A stretch of DNA of 64,000 nucleotides from the human T2T-CHM13v2.0 reference genome, Homo sapiens. A program made the translations under genes and the position numbers. How positions within the stretch are numbered: position 1 is the first letter of the stretch; each line of letters starts with the position of its first letter. The notes under the pieces were generated by a model that did no database searches, had not been told where the DNA came from, and saw nothing but the letters and a program-made list of their open reading frames with translations. The stretch lies in assembly GCF_009914755.1 (NCBI RefSeq), contig NC_060933.1. One strand, given 5' to 3'. Below are positions 40,636-57,000 of the stretch, in pieces.

Positions 40636-40803
40636 TGTGGCATGCACCTGTAATCCCAGCTATTCAGGAGGCTGAGGCAGGAGAATCGCTTGAACCCAAG
40701 AGGCAGAGGTTGCAGTCAGCCAAGATTGTGCCATTGCACTCCAGCCTGGGTGACAAAGCAACAGAGCGAGACTCCATCTCAAAAACAAACAAACAAACAA
40801 AAA
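40636..40803 (+). mobile_element. Alu right arm only
   Basis: cctgtaatcccagcta..ggaggctgaggcaggagaatcgcttgaaccc with (CAAA)n tail. Confidence 0.88.
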
Positions 40804-42237
40804 GTCAGTGTTGATGACAGTTGATGACTGTCCTCCCTGCATAGGGTGCCCCTTCACTTATAGCTATTTACCCTTCAGGAGTTGTGCTAGAAAGGCATGA
40901 GCTCTTTGTACCACGGAGGGCAGGCACTGCCCTGGGCCTGGAGTGTGGACTCCCACCTGGAACAGCCTCTGAGTGCCCAGCCCATGGTGACCCTGATTCT
41001 GGCAATGCCCTACAGTTACATGGCCCAGCCCAGGGGTCCCTGTGGATGGAGAGCCGTTTGCCACCCCCAGGTCCATCCTGGGAAGCCGGGGCTGTGTGAG
41101 TGTCCCTAGTACTTCAGCCTTGTTCTTATGTGATCTGCACGGAACCCGCTCCAGGCTTGCCATCACCCCCAGATGGCTGAGGACCACCTGTTCTCCTCAG
41201 CCAGGGCCAGGGCTGAGGTGAGAGAAGGGGACGCTGGGGCGTAGCTTAAGGACACTCACTTGCCTCACCTGGCCTGGGCCTGCCATAGGGATCAACCCAG
41301 CCATGTGCTTTCTGCCCAGGAAGCCACACTGAGGAAAGAGACTGGAGGCAACCCAGCCTGGGTGCTAGTCCTTTGTTGCCCATACAATGGGCTTTCAGCT
41401 TCAGCCCTCTGTCGACCTCGCAGGGTGGGCTTAATGTGCTGTGCAGTAGGGTGAGACCCTCCGAGGCCGGAGTCTCTCCCCTGCCCCAAGACCATTTCAG
41501 CCTCTGCCGTGTTCTTGCATGGGTATTGTCAGTGGAAGAGAGAAAGCATTCCATGGTTGGTGACTTCTGGAAACCTCTGTGGACTTGCATTCCCTCCGTT
41601 GGAATGAAGCATCTTCAGGATGCACAGAATTTCGGCAGCACGGAAACCTGCTTGTGCTCATTTCTCCCGGCATGTCCTCCACGTCTTTGACTCCTCACAA
41701 GGCGGCTGTACAGGCACTTTCCCATGCCAGGCCTCACTGTTGGCCTGGCATGGGCTCCCACTCAGCTCGTGCTGTTCCAGCGAGTCCTTCCTGGGGCCTG
41801 AAACCTTAGCCCATGGCTCCTTCCCCACATAGTTTTCCCTCTTTCTATGGCTGACGACCTCTCCCTCGGGCCCCAGAACATGACGTCCCCACTACTTTGA
41901 GGCTGCCAAGCTCTCGGGAAACGGGTCGCTCTGTTCCTCTCTTGGGCCTCCCACAGCCCTGGAACAGTCTGGGTGCCCTGGGAGGGACCCAGCCAGCCTC
42001 TCCTTGCTGGCTGGACTGTGTCCAAGCATTGTGCTCCATGCATCCCCTCCTGGACAGCCTTGGCTGCCGTGCTCATCAGCGCTTCTACCAGGGCAGTAAA
42101 GGAGAAGGACAGCAGGCAGAGCTGCACTCTCTGCATTGGCCCCCAACTCCTAATGCCGGCATGAGTTGGCTTGGCCAAAATGAATTGTTTGGATGATTTT
42201 TCTGTATTTGAAGAGCCAAGGAAAAAGTTTCCATTTT

Positions 42238-42940
42238 GTGTCTGTGTGTGTGTCCGTATATACGTCTGCATGTATGTCTGCGTGTATGTCTGTATGTGTG
42301 TCTGTGTGTCTAAGTGTCCCTTTATGGGTCTGTGTGTGTATGTACATGTGTATGTCCATGTCTATGTGTATCTGCGTGTATCTGTGTGTCTGTATGTACA
42401 TGTGTGTCTGTATGAGTCTGTGTGTCTGCATGTATCTGTGTCTGTGTGTCTATATATACATGTGTGTCTTATGAGTCTGTGTGTCTGCATGTATCTGTAT
42501 CTGTGTGTCTGTGTGTCTTACATACATGTGTGTCTGTATGAGTCTGTGTATCTGTATGTATCTGTGTGTCTGTATGCCCATGTGTATCTTATGAGTCTGT
42601 GTGTCTGCATGTGTCTGTGTGTCTGTGTGTCTGTATGTACATGTATGGCTGTATGAGTCTGTGTATCTATGTACCTGTGTGTCTGTGTGTCTGTATGTAC
42701 ATGTGTATCTGTATGAGTCTTTGTATCTGTATGTATCTGTGTGTCTGTTTATATGTACATGTGTGTCTGTATGAGTCTGTGTATCTGTGTGTATCTGGGT
42801 ATCTGTGTGTCTGTGTGTACTTGTGTGTCTTATGAGTCTGTGTGTCTGCATGTATCTGTGTGTCTGTATGTACATGTGTGTCTTATGAGTCTGTGTGTCT
42901 GCATGTATCTGTATGTCTGTGTGTGTCTGCATGTGTTGTG
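42238..42940. repeat. TG-rich minisatellite, ~55-65 bp unit anchored on ATGAGTCT
   Basis: About nine ATGAGTCT anchors within TGTGTC/TGTATC/CATG filler. Confidence 0.9.
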
Positions 42941-43604
42941 TCTCAGCGCACAAACCCGCAGCACACAGAGCTGGCCCTGCCCATCCACTGACACAGGAAA
43001 CCTGAGCCTCGAAAGCAGCCCATGGCGCACCTCAGTGCTGGCGCACTCACCCTCTTCAGCCTCCTGGTTCTTCCACGGAGCCCAGCTCTGGAGCAGCAGA
43101 GCTCAGGGACACTGTGTTCCTCCTGTCCTCACATGCTGCAGCCCACCACCTTGCCAAGCTGTGTCTGGGCACGTTTCTGGAACCTGGCTTGGCTCCAGCA
43201 CTGGCCCTGCCAGCTCTGTGCAGACAAGCTCCCAGGAGACGCCCTGGGATTTCACAATGAGCCTCGTGTGCCCAGTCTACCCCTGCCCCCCAGCTGCTGT
43301 CTGCTGCACCTTCCTTTGGTTTCCAGACCAGGTCAAGACATGGGATGAGCCTGCTCAGAAGGGATGAGCCTGCTCAGAAGCCCTGGGCCACACACAAGCC
43401 CTGGCCAGCCACAGTCGGTGCCCTATGCTCAAAGAGCCACAGCGCTCTTGACCCAGCTCCACATTGCTGGCCGCAGGCACTTCATTTCTTGTAAATTAAC
43501 CCTTCTTTCTCTCTGGAAACTTCAAAAACTTCTCTTTACCTTTGAAGTTCCAAAATAAATCTTTTTAAAATGCATTCTGCCATGCGTTGGTGGGCCCTTT
43601 TAAA

Positions 43605-44583
43605 TAGGACTGGCTATCTGGTCTGCAGAACCTGGTGCTAAACTAAAATGTGGAAGTCCTGTTCAAAAAGCAAGAAAAAGGCATAACAATACTAAAATAT
43701 ACAGCTTTTTCCTCTCTTCCAGAGTCTCTTTCTTGATGTGCTGCATTTTTCATGTTATTTAATGTCATTCCAAGTTAAAATTTTAAAGTATTAGCATGAA
43801 TTTTATCATTTGTGCAATGCTAGTTTTAAATGCAAATACAAAAGTGTTTAACTCACATGAGGAATCACTGAAATTATGGTTTGTGTTATGTGGCTCGAGC
43901 ATGCATGTGTATTTCATTTCTACCATAACAGCGACAATGCTGCTGAAAAGTAGCTCAACTGTTTGTATTTTACTTCTTGCTACATGCACGTGCGCCAGCA
44001 CCCTCTTATCTTCAGCTGACTAATGAGGGAGAAAGCACTGAAGGACAGGAACTCTGGGTTGCCCTGTCCTCATCTTTCCTCGTATGTCATCATTTTCAAA
44101 GTTCGTGGTTGTCGAATACTGGAAGTAGCCCAGGTAAGAAGGGATGGGATAGGATGCCTTCATTGTTCTGTTTCTTAGAAGGCCTTTGCCTTCTTTAGGC
44201 ATTTGAAACAAGTTCTGGTTCCAACAGATCGTGTGTGGCTTTGTAGGGCTTCCATATGCCCCTCCTTCTGTGGTAGAGCACGATTACCTTCTACTCGCCT
44301 TCAGTGTCGCTGAACTGCACCGGAATCCACTGGAATTCTGTATCCATGGGCCTTGGGAGCGTGAATGGAGCAGCAAGGAACGGGGACACATATATCACCT
44401 GTGTCTCTGCACATGCACACAGTTTGTGGCTCCGTCGGACTTCACTTACAAAACCCAAGTTCAAAGATCAAATTATGAAGCATTTCAAGATGGCAACAGA
44501 TGAGAATCAGACAAGCATAGAGTCCTTCTGAGCTTAGAGCCTTACGTGACCACAAGGGCCACATATCCAGGAAGCTGGCCCTG
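43605..44583 (-). mobile_element. hAT-Tip100 non-autonomous DNA transposon (MER45B-like), near full length
   Basis: TIR-like ends taggactggct..agctggccctg, 8-bp TSD cttttaaa/cttttgaa, and internal ggacttcacttacaaaac..aagttcaaagat motif. Confidence 0.75.
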
Positions 44584-45972
44584 CTTTTGAACTGGAAAAG
44601 TTCTGATCAATTTTCTTCTATCAGTTATTTAATTATTTTCCTCCCTCAAGTCTCTCTGTTCTCTCCTCCTGGAACTCCTAGTAAATACATAAAGAAACGT
44701 CTAGCTCCCTCTCGTGTCAATTGTCTCTTACTTGGATTTCTTTGTCCCCATGAATGACATTCTACAAGAACCCCTTGGTCTTTCAGTTCACTAATTTATT
44801 CTTCAATCACGTCTGTTTTGCTAGGTTTCATTAACAATCATCTTTTAAATTTCAAAGTTTTATAGTTCTTTTTTGTAACAGCCTCTTCTTGTTTCAAGGA
44901 TAGTTTACATTCTCTAATCTTCTCAAACATGTTAAATATGATCACCTTTAAAACTTTAAACTGCTGTGTTTAGCTGTTTCCTTGAGCAGGGAGAGTTCCG
45001 TTTGTTGAAGTTGAATGCCACTGTTTCGTAGCATTCATTTTGCTGACATGTTTGACAGCTCTCATCTATCTGATTATCTTCCTCTTTGAGAATCCCTGAC
45101 CAGTCATGTTTCTCCCTGCTCAAGTGAAATAAAGGCCTCAAATAGATCAGTGGTTTTCAACTCTTTTTAGCATAGATAAATGTTGTAAAATAAAATTTTA
45201 TTTGTGGAAATACAGTGTGTAAATCCACAGTGGAAAGGCAATAATTGAGGCAGAGATGCCCTGCAACCCTAGAGGTGCCCGCTTGGACCCTTGGTGTTCC
45301 CTCTGCAGCCTCACCACACAGTGGGCCTTCTCTGTGATTGCTGGGCTGAGCGATCCTGGATCCTCACAGCCCATGTCTCAACAGTTAATGAACCAGGTGA
45401 TCTGCACATGTATTTCAAGCTCCTGTATTATCCCTGATGAGGATATCTAGATTTGAACTTCTTTGAAATTCCTTCCTAAATATTTATTTTGTCATGTTTC
45501 TACATATGGAAGGGTCCTCATGGCAGATAGACTCACAGGGACTTACACACTACCACACTCTTTAATGGGAACAGACCTCCTATTACTGACTTCTTGACAA
45601 AGTCTTGAAAAAGAATGAAAATGAGGATGCAAGTCACCAGGGAAGGCAGAGGAATATTTCTTTTATTTAAGCGGACTTGCTGATTTCAAAAGAACCATTT
45701 CCAGAAAAGACTGGGCTAAGCTCCAATCTTGGCCTCCGTATATAATGCAAAAGTAGATGCTAAAACTAGTAAATTCATGGCATTCGATCATAAAAAAGAA
45801 GAAGAGATGCATTTTCTGTTAGACCCTGAGGCTGTACTTTCCCAACCGCTGTGTAGAGCAAACACCAGGTGGGGAGATGGCTTTGTGGACATGCAATCCA
45901 GTTTCTAATCCAGAAATAGGTCAGAGCACCAATGTGAAAATACCTGTTGTTTTTAAATAGGTCTGTGTGTCT

Positions 45973-45974
<2 letters not shown>

Positions 45975-46026
<52 letters not shown>
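45975..46026. repeat. Perfect (TG)n microsatellite, about 25 units
   Basis: Directly visible. Confidence 0.97.
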
Positions 46027-46030
<4 letters not shown>

Positions 46031-46807
46031 CTTAAGGGCACTTGAGATGCCGCAAAGAAATGAGGAAGTGGAAGTTTTGAATTGGTTTTTCTTCTTTTGT
46101 CTAGGGATGATTTTTTTTAAGAGTTTCTAAGAGGTAATTGAGTTTCTTCCTCAGGAACAGTCAGTTTTTCATGAATCAAATGTATCAGTAATAATTTTTT
46201 AAATGCTGGATTATAACTTTTGAAAGTTTGCAAGTTGGGAGCATATTTCCTTGGCTCTGCGACATTCCCTCCTCTTCCTGGGGTTCTCTCCTCCTAGGAC
46301 CCTGGGACCAAGCACTGCCCTTCAGGTCTTTGATCTCTCTGATCTCATAAACTTTGCTCTCCTTGTCCTTTTGAATACCTTCTAGAAGAATCCCTGGATC
46401 CTCTTCGTCAAAAGTCCACATGCTCTTGGGGGTTACCATTGTTCCGGATAATCTGGAGTTTTCATGTTGAAAACAACCACCACCACACCAACACGTTTTT
46501 CTGTTGTCCTCTTGGCAACTTCAGAGCCCTGACACCGTAGGGAAAGCGCTTAGGGATCCCATCACAGTTCAAGGGCCAGGGCCGGTGGCCTCTGCCAAGT
46601 GCCAGGCCCTCTTATCCCTGAGTGAAGCACTCACATTCCCTAAGAAGGGGCATAGGGACCAGAGCACAGGGCAGTGAGGGAAGTGCTGTGGGGCAAGGGT
46701 GGTGGTGTCTGAAGACGGCTCTGCCTTTACAAGGCCCACTGGAGCTTTATGTCTGCATGCCCCACAGCAGAACTGTCCTTGCTCTTTTTCATGTTTAAAT
46801 TTATGGT

Positions 46808-47236
<429 letters not shown>

Positions 47237-47769
47237 TTATATAAACACACGTACACACACATAAATGCAGCACCTTTCCTAAGTGTACAGTTTGTTGAAT
47301 TTTCACAAACTGAGCATGTCCATGTATCCAGCCTCTGAAGAAGAACAGTGGATCACCCGCACTGCATATAGAAGCACACCACATGCCCCTTCCCAGTCAC
47401 AACTGGGCCCAGCATTATCTTGAGTTCTGACAGCATAGCCTAGTTCTACTGGATTTTATACCTTGTATAAATGGAATAGTACAATTTGTACTATTCTGTC
47501 CTGCTTCTTTGGCTCAATTTACTTTGCAAGATTCTCATACACATTATCTCAGATCATTGTAGATCATCAACTTCTTATCACCATCTGGTAGTCATTCCTT
47601 GGTGGGAACAGACCATGACTCAGTTATACATTCCACTGCTGAGGGCCAGTCACATGGTTTCCTGTACTTATTCCTACTAGCTGGTGTGAAGCACGATGCT
47701 TCCGAGAGTATTTTCAGGCCAAAGAAGCTGGTATTGTCCAAATAATTTAAGGAACAAATGAGGAAGAGG

Positions 47770-48375
<606 letters not shown>

Positions 48376-50205
48376 TAAGTCAGAACAAAAACCACACCAA
48401 ACTTCTTCAACAACAAAAAAGAAAGAAATGAAGCAAACCTAGCCTCAGAAAATGTGCTGTTTGATCAGTTTTACCCAGATAGCACAGGAGCAGAGGAAAA
48501 GTTTGTTTCTATATTCCTTGGGTACTGCCCAGCTTCTCTTCCTTTCAGGGCAGGCAGTGTGGATGACGACCTTAAAATACAGAGAGCTAGTGGTGTTTGG
48601 GAAGTTACCCACCAAGCCCCAGCCTTGATTTGCTGAAAGATCTCATCAGAAGAGGAAAGAGTGGGTAGGCAGGATTGGGATGGTGGAGGCAGGCAAATGC
48701 CTTCATTCATGGGAGCAATTTCAGAAACACCTGGATGCTGGACTCCACAGGCATTTCTCTCATCTAGAAGACTGTGAAAAACACATAGACTAACTTGTCC
48801 CACTACCAGGAAGATGCAACTAGGTTCCCCCATCCTCTCCTCCAAAACAGTCCCCTTGGATTCAAGGTGGTAGCAGTCGGCCCTAGGGACTGACGCCAGA
48901 AACCTCAGAAAGACATCAAACCATTCAAGGAAGTTCAGGAATGTGCTGCACAGAAACTTCTGACAGGAAATCCAATTTCCCTATCTAGATTGAACCCTAA
49001 AAGACAGTAAATCACAGAGGTCTTGGAGGTTGGAGAATTCAAAAGTCTGGATGTTTGTATTCTTTAGTTGGTGCTAATGTAACCCTGACATTACTGCTTC
49101 AGTTGAATGAATATTAACTACGTGGTATTAGCTGGTATTTGCAAGCTCCAGGGAATGCTTCCCTCAAGACAGCAGCATTTTGTAAATTAATTCAATAAAT
49201 ACAAAAGCAAATGCATCTGTTTAATGGGGGAGGCGATTAATGTTTCCAGATTCCCCTGGCCTCCAGCTGGAAATCTGGTTGAATTTTGAGACGTGATGCA
49301 GTCCATCCCTCAATGGGCAATGACTTGAAGTCTCAGGTTCTGGAGGTATTGACTCACAGGGTTCAGGCACTGCGGTCCTCGCTGCCAGGTCCCGTCTGTG
49401 TTCAGGGAGTTGCTGATGCTATCTCCCAGGAATACTCCATTCTCATGCAGGAGGCTGGGTCTCCTCTTGAGGGGTGTTAGGTGGTACCAACTCACCCCTG
49501 GGCCAACAGCAACATCGATGACAACTCAAGCTGTGGCTTCCTCTGAGTCAGGAACTTGTTGGGCAGCCTCACCCCTGAGGCTGGGCTTCATCTGGGGTAG
49601 CAGGTCCAGGCCTCGCAGGAACAAGACAAAGATGCTCAGTTTCACTACATCATTCAGGAAGTGCTAACCAGTGCGATAAAACAAGATCATAGCATAAGAA
49701 ACATAGGTTTTGGAAAAGAAAAGGCTTACTGTTATTCATTGTGGGCAATATACTTAAAGCCAAAAGAAAACCCTGAAAAACAATTAGAAACACTAAGAGA
49801 TAATAATAATAAAAGGCGGCACTTACAAAATTAATATAAAATAAATAGTTTTTTGATATACAAATAACAACTCTTTAGAAAATATAATGGAAGAAAAATG
49901 CCACTCAGAATAACACTAAAAAACCAAAGTCCTAGGAATAAATTTAAGAAATATGAACATGTGATGAGAAGGAAATATTAAGTCCCCAGTGTGAACATAA
50001 AAGAAGATTATTTCAATATATAAAAATCTCTTTTTCTTGAATAAAAGGCATAATGTTATAAAGTTGTCCATTCTTCCTATGTACTCTATATCCTAAATAC
50101 TAATAGAATCTATTAATATGTCCCTGTAATGGAGCTGGAGAAAGTCTAAACAAGAAAAGAGATGAGAGGACTCTTACCAAGTATATATGAGTATTTGTTA
50201 TAAAG

Positions 50206-51067
<862 letters not shown>

Positions 51068-54000
51068 TCATCTTGGCTCACCTAGATAGCCATTTGGAAG
51101 AAAAAACAAAACTGGTTCCCTGTTCTACTACTAACTTTGGAGAAATGGAGCCTTTTCTTAGTTCCACACGAAAAACATTAAAAGAAAGCATTAACAACTC
51201 TGACTACATAAAAACCAGTACCTTTTGAGAAAGAAAAATGCCTTAAGCAAATGTAAAAGTCAAATAACCAACTGGTATTTGAACTGAAAGATATATAGAA
51301 GAAATAGGACAAATGATTTCTTTAATATAAATAAGTTCCTGTGAATAAATAAAAAGAAACAACTCCATAAAAATGATCTAAAAGTACGAACGAGCTGTTT
51401 ATGAGGAAACAAAAATGGGCAAGAAACATGTTCAACTCAAACACAAATAAATGTAGATAAAATTATTGTATGTAGTTTTTCTTTTATCAAAATGACAAAA
51501 ATTTTGGTAATGCCAGTATATGCCATGAAAGGCATTCTGAAGAAACAGTGTTCAGGCTGGGATCTGAAGGGCGTGTGGGAGTTATTTGGGTAGAGGGCGG
51601 AAGCATCCCAGATCGAGAGAACACTGTGTCCAAAGGCCTGTGCTGTGGTGGCATGGAGCCTTCTTGTTCAAAGAACTGAGGGGCCATGTGCCCATATTGG
51701 ATGAGACAAGCTGGACATATGGCAAAAACCTGGCACAGAGGCAGGAATTTTGTCTTTGTGCTAAGAGCCATAAGAAGTACTTGAAAGGAGCCAACAACAT
51801 ACCCAGAGGCGTCTTTGACCCAGTCTCTCTTTCACTATATAAAAATCTCTATCTTTTTCTGGAATAAAAGGCATAATATTATAAAACTGTCCATTCTTCC
51901 TATGCACTCTATATCCTAAGCACTAATAGAATCTATTAATATGTCCCTGTAATGGAGCTGGAGAGAGTCTAAACAAGAAAAGAGATGAGAGGGCACTTAC
52001 CAAGTAGATACAAGTATTTGTTATAAAGCAGGAGCTGGCTTTATAACAGGCAGTTAGAGTGTGAGGAATTGGGGCCAGGTGGGTTTACATGCATAACCTT
52101 CTCCAAGAGCAGGATTGATTTAGAAAGTGCCAACTTCCTATCTGCTGTGTAGATCAAAGGTATCAATCCACTTAAAGGGCTTAGTTTAACACACAGCACA
52201 TGAGAAATGCTCAATATATCCTTGCTATTCTGATGGCTTTCCATCATCTGTCCTGCTAAGCAAAGAAGTCCAAGATGTACTAAAAGTTACAGAAGTGATA
52301 AAGAAGTGCTAAAAGTTACAGAATAGTAAGCTTTCTAAAGTCCCACTTGTGTAAAGATAAAGTAAAACAGAAGAATATGCTTGTATATAATTGTATATGC
52401 AAAAATATTTCCTTCTTGGGAAGCAGGGGGTGAATAGAGATTATGTTAAACTTTGACACTTAAAACCTAAAAATAACACGTTTATTGTAGCAACCTTGGA
52501 GAACAAAGAAGATCACTTGTTATTTAAAGTAGATAGGCTGAATGTCAAACGTGTTTAGGACTTAAAGGAAATCCCTTTAATGAAAGGAAATATGGTTCCA
52601 AGTAATTAAATCCATGGGCTGCCTTTGTGCTGTAGTTAGAAAATAATCTAATATGGAGGAGGGAAAGGAGGAAGAAAGGCTGAATTTCAGGGGCAGGACA
52701 GCAAATCCGATTCCAGCTAATACTCACCTTCCAGGAGTTTTTTTTAAAGGCCAATGAAGAAATTCCTATCATTAATAATAAAGAACATCCCAACACTAGC
52801 ATTTCCAATTTATTGTGACCTGTTGCGCATAGAGACTTACTGACTCATGAGAAATGCACCTCTTTTGAAGAGTCTTCTAGATGGATGCATCATTTCTGCA
52901 CTCAAGATTGTGTTCCATTGTGCAAAGAGCTACTCTAGGCAGCCTAGTGGACATGCCGGATGACTCCACCCATGGTGCTTCCAGCAAGAAGTTAGACAAT
53001 GGAGTGGGGAGAAAGGATGCTGGGCTTCCTCTGGCTCTCAGATCACCCACCTTTATTATGATTAGGAAATTGGAAAACCAGCCACAACCAAATGCTTCAG
53101 GAATACCTCGCCTTAGGAGCTAGGGACCAAAAAGAGGCCCAGAACTATGAGTGTCTGCTACTTGCTCATGAGCAAAATGGCTGCTCCAAGCCCTGCTCTT
53201 GACACTCACAGAGCCACTGCCCAGAAATCAGGACCTCTTGCTAAAACTGCTGCAGAAAACCAGGACCTCTCCACTGTGCTTCACGATGGAAATGGCAGAC
53301 ACGGCAAAGCGCAGCCCCCACTCCCTTCTGTCCTGTAAATGGCAAGTAAGTGCACCTAGTCAAAATGAAATAAAATCAGGCCCAGAATCTAGCTGCAAGG
53401 GAGTTTGGAGAATGTCATTTTTAGTATTACAACTTCTGCACACAGGCTGGAGAGTAGAAAGCGTGCAGAGCTCTGGTCCGCCAGGATCCAGTGCAACTCA
53501 GAGTGCAGATGCATTGATTTCCAAACAAGAATTGCTGTCAATTGACTGCAGGGTAGACCATAAGCATTCCGGGTCTCATGGGACCGCACTTGTCTCTCTT
53601 CTTTGCCTGCGAGATCTCCCCCAGCTCCTGTACTCAGCAGTAGTCACCCCTGCAGTAGGTACTGTGAAGGAGGATGCTGAGGTCAAGGAAGAATCTTCAG
53701 CCTCAGAAATGTCTTTGATTGTGAAGTCACAGAAGCTGCCTGGGTGGCAGACTGCTTGTGCACTCCTGTGCAGATCAGGGGCTGCAACCCAATTCTTGCC
53801 CCACAGCAGGTCAGTGAGAAGGCAGACCTACAAATCAGCATGTGCTTGCTTCATATGATTTGTCTCATTTAACTGGCCAGACAGCTGAGGCTTAAGTGGT
53901 GTTATCAAAATACCAAGGCTGAAATAAATCAACATAACAGAGTTTTAGAACAAATAATCAATATAAAGATAATTAAAAGTAAATACATAATCTGAAATAA

Positions 54001-57000
54001 TTTGGGGGAAATAATTCAGGAACAGAATGAAGAGGGAAACCCTCAGGTTCTCCTCGAAATATTGTAAGTGAGTCAGAAAACAGGACCAGTAATGGCAGAG
54101 GCAGAAGAGCGGCAGGAGACGGCGGTTACCCCACAGCAGAACGCTGCTCTGTGAGAATCCCCCAGCGGGTACCCCATTCCAGCTGTGGTTCGCCTACAGG
54201 CAGTCAGCCTCCCTGAACCTCTGCAGAGGGCAGGGATAGTAGATCTGCCCTTTAAGACCCATGCAGAGGTGCTGAAATGACAGTATTGGTACTCTGGATA
54301 CAATGGAAAGTTCATTAGGGCTGATATTAATGGTAGTCACTGTCATATTTTCAGTTGCTTTCAGCAGTATTTGGGCCCCAGGATACTGATGTTTGCTCAA
54401 TACATGAGCCTGCAGAAGTAACTGGGAGCAAACACCTGATATCAGTATTAAGCATGTGGTGCCGAGAACAATATGTTACAGAATACTGCAGACCCACTTA
54501 AATCATTCTTTTGTCTAAGAATGTGGGGTGTTCAGTGGATAAGTGAGAGTCCATGGATTTTGCTCTATGGCTGATGAAAGGAACGTGATGTGTGACATTT
54601 AGCACCGGTGTCAGGAATGGCTCTCCTGTTGGCAAACTTATTTCGCACGTGCCTATTCATCATCTATCCTGGGCACCTCACTCAGGTCCTCATGAGTCCC
54701 CTGTCTTCTCAGCAAGCATTACCTCTCTACTCAGACCAAGGCCTTGTGAGGGATGGAGGGTCACTAAGATGCACTTCCTGTCCTGAAGACATTGTCAGTC
54801 TCCTGGGGAAGACGGACTTCAAGAGAACAAAGACGAACACTGGATCCCTACTGGATTTGGAGGTCTACAGAGAGGGCTGCATTTTGTCCAGAATTTGGAA
54901 GGTAAAAATGGCCAGAAAAATGCAGAGAGGGAGGTTCTAACCCAAAGGAGCTTTATCAGTCAGATGTTCAGTATGGTGCTGCTGTAACCAACAGTTCCCT
55001 TGGAACTGACACGTGTCATATGTTTCCCCAGCTTATCAGACACAGGGGCCAGGAACAGAAGCCTCCCACAAGCCCAGAAGGACATACTTAATGCACAGCA
55101 CTGATTGCTACAGGGACCAAGATGGGGACTTACAGGTGCATTTGGGGAAGAGGGCACTGGCCAGAAGGCCAAATCCACGCAAGGTGTGGGTTTGGGGAGG
55201 AGGGATGTGTCATAACAGAGTTCCCAGGAACAGCCTCTGACTTGTGCATAGGCAGTAGACTGGGGGTGCCCCCAGGGTCAATGCCCATAGGGAGTAAGGA
55301 GACAAGACTGGGTAGCAGGAGAATTTGAGCTGTGGAGGCCCAAGGAAAGGCTCAGCTGGGGGCACTTCAGGCTTGTCCTAATGCACCAGGCTAGACCTTC
55401 GTGCACCTCCTAAACCAGCCATTGGATGGGGGCAGCTCAAGGATGGGGTAGAACCTGGCTGAGGGCAGGCCCTGGGGAGGGCTCAGCTAGAGACTTCAGT
55501 AGCATTGCTCCAGCAGGAGGCGGATGTGGGTGCCAGCCACAAAGGAGTGTCCTATGGAGCACTATTGTCTCCAGCACAGAAGAAAGCCAGGGGCCTGGAG
55601 ATGCCAGGCTAGAGATTCTCAAGCAGTCATTCTTGTATTGCTAGAACCACAGGGGCAGAAGATTTCAGAAGTGTCGATGGGTAATGCCTTTCCTATGGGC
55701 TTGACTGGGATGTACACTTTGCATAAAGTATATATTGTGAGGGTTTAACAACACACAAAGGACACCTGCACCTTGGCAAGAGAAAACGTAACAGTATGTG
55801 TAATATACCATCTGCTTTTCAGGTGTGGGAAAACTGTATGCAAAAACAAAACCCAAAAAGGACCTGAATTTCTGCCCCTGTTATAGTGTGATGTAGCAGA
55901 CAGACCTGGCATATTTGACACCCTGATTACTGCCAACACTCCTCTCTTCCATAAGACAAAATTGTCAGTAATAATCATGACATGAAATAAATATGCATGA
56001 GCTAAAATCTGAACTTACCTAATAAATATGGTGCACCTCACAGTTCTAACCCTATGTCGCTGTCTGGAATTTTAAACACAAATGCAGATTCCAAGTGGTC
56101 ACACTGAAGGAACTCCGATGTGTTTCTTCATCTTTACCTTCACTGTGCAGTCGCTGCGTAGGTCATATCTGCTGCATCCATGCAGGAACAGGAATGTGTA
56201 GCTCTGTAGGGCTGAGGATCCCAGCAGTGCCTGAAGCAAGCTTGAATGATCCAGGGCCCTGACAAACGTCTCTCATGATGCGCCTGTGGAAGCTCAGTCC
56301 ATGTGTGTCAGAGATGACCATATTGCTGGGAGTTCTCTGAACTGACACGGTGTTTATTAAGTTATCAGTAATGACTACATGCTCACCTGAAGCTCATGTA
56401 CCTATCACTGAAGCTTTGGTAACTGCAGCAATTGTTCAGAACTCTCACCAGAAAAGATTTTGTGGGAAAAGAGCATGTCATGATTGACATTGTGGGGAAT
56501 TCCTAGTGTGCAGTGACAATAAAGAGCAGGCTCACTGGTGCTTGGTTTTATTATTGTTTTAAAATCCCCCACAGGTGATGAGCCCCCTTCTAGCCTGCGC
56601 CAGGGCAGACCCCTTGCTCACCCCGTCCTTGGTGCTCTGCTGGGATGGCACTTCTCACTGCCCTTATGTTATTTTTTTGCCCCCAAGTTCCACTGAATTC
56701 TGGTATAACATCTCCAAAATCGAGCAGCATGTCTCAAGAATGAAAGCTGGAATAATTCAGAACATAACCGTTGTGAGCCAAAGTCTCCCTTCTTGGTTTC
56801 TACAGGGATGAGAGAGAAAGCAAGGATGTGTATGTGTGTGCAAATGTGACTGTGTGTTAGACGGCAATGGGAACTGAAGGCTGTGGGGACAGAACCAGGA
56901 GAAAGAGGTTTTGTTGGAAACTTGAATTCAGTAAGCAATGTATTTGGCTTCCCTATGCCTTGCTTTCCTCCTCTACTAAATGCCAGGGAGGCATTGTGAG

